Assembly (NCBI GenBank): GCA_001643675.2
Contig: LSRY02000054.1
Location: 434,001 to 498,000, forward strand
DNA from: Monocercomonoides exilis PA203
Lineage: Eukaryota; Protista; Preaxostyla
Reading direction: 5' to 3'
DNA: 64,000 nucleotides
The position numbers were made by a program, and so were the translations under genes. The notes under the pieces are model-generated. The model saw only the letters and a list, made by a program, of their open reading frames with translations. It did not search any database and was not told the DNA's origin. Positions 62,744 through 64,000 of the stretch are shown in pieces. Numbering within the stretch: position 1 is the stretch's first letter; the number at the start of each line of letters is the position of its first letter.

Positions 62744-64000
62744 TCTTTTTGATGTTTTTCGATCAGGATCACAATTGATCGATTTTTGTTTAATACAAAC
62801 GCAAATCAGAGTCATTCAAAGGTTTGGTTCCAACGGGTGAATATTTGAAATAAGAAGGAATAATCACAAACATATTCAAATATCAATGACTTCCGTCAAT
62901 CGTTTTTTTTGAAGAAGAAAACGGATCAAAAAAATAAATAATACAAACATCAAATTAGCGCCCATAACATATTTTTATTGAATGTTTTCTTATTTCATTT
63001 TGATACAAACATTAATCAAAAGAAAAAAAGATATAGTTTTTAAATAATGTTTTCGATGACAAATCACATATTTTCAGACGCGAATAACACCTTTCCCAAA
63101 ATTAATTCATTTTCTTTTGTTGATAGATTAAACAAAAATTCACTTTCAAATTTCTTTTCTTCATCACGTAATATTAAAAAAGTGGAATAAAAATGCATGA
63201 ATAATTTTTGATAAACCTTATGAAAAATTCAACATTAATTTCTCAAAAGAAATGAAATAATCAATCATTATTAGATTTTCATATTTAATATTCTTTTAAA
63301 CAGCAATGAGTAGAAAACAAAATAAAAACTCTGACTCAGGAAGAGCTCTTTTAATGATGAAAAAATTGAATGAGTTGTTGTTGAGATAAAGTGTCATCGA
63401 ATATTAGTCATTTCGGAACTTCATTCCAAATGCAAACTTCCAGAGTTGGACAGCACCGAGTATTTTCTTGAAACCCTTGAAATGTTTCTTCCATTCGAAG
63501 CAGAGAAGAATAAAGGGCTTTGTGCAGCCATTTTGCTTCAGTGACAGTTGTCGGAAGCTGAATCTCAAGATAATTAATGTATTGCAGTTTATTCAAATAA
63601 AAGGATAGCAACTGATACCAATGGCAATCGATCATATGTTTTCTGTTTTTTCAGCTGTCTTATTCTTATGTTTTTTTGAAGGAATTGTGTGGCAAAGAAA
63701 TGAATTTGATAGAAGTCTTTGAAGAGATTACAGATGAAGAATGAGGATTTGAGGGAAATGATCCATTGAGCACAGTAAATGTTTTGAAAGAAGATGTTTC
63801 AGATGACGGAAGACATAATCGCGATTAAGAGGGCTTTCTCATTGTATCATGAAAAATACATCTTCTTTGTGAGCTTATCTGATTTGGTTTCAATGAAAAA
63901 CAACAGGAAAGCGAATAATTCTGATGGCACTTAGGAATGAAAAGAAGAAGAGAATATCATTGCTTATTCGATAACTCTTTCAAAAAAACAAAGAAGAACA

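Larger units (their letters stand above)
47128..64000. repeat. Segmental duplication, copy B (interrupted by the hAT at 47248-55159; runs off the window)
   Basis: CAGCTAACCCTGCGTGACACAC at 47128 corresponds to CAGCAAACCCTGCGTGACACAC at 25361. Colinearity resumes after the hAT TSD. Confidence 0.92.

Overview
Eukaryotic, AT-rich, intron-containing DNA in the standard genetic code; gene content and the surface-protein families suggest an oxymonad or other metamonad such as Monocercomonoides (inference). The window has two compartments. From 1 to 25.3 kb it is gene-dense: MYG1, EEF1AKMT1/EFM5, a UBC4/5-type E2 with micro-exons, a THOC7-like protein, a ~2,900-aa CCR4/PDE12-like EEP protein with degenerate catalytic motifs, a C9orf72 orthologue, a CHERP-like SURP protein and MOB1. 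This part also holds a 2-kb nest of three MITEs and a dead Merlin/IS1595 transposase. From 25.4 to 64 kb it is repeat-rich. A cassette of at least 8.9 kb (MITE, pogo remnant, intact ~1,170-aa type-I surface protein gene) occurs twice. The second copy starts exactly at the right TIR of a 4.75-kb hAT-like element and carries a 7.9-kb hAT insertion with an 8-bp TSD. The two surface-protein paralogues are mosaics that have swapped segments between their internal repeats, while their non-coding flanks remain close to identical. Pseudogene fragments lie between the copies. All exon boundaries were read by eye and are unverified.
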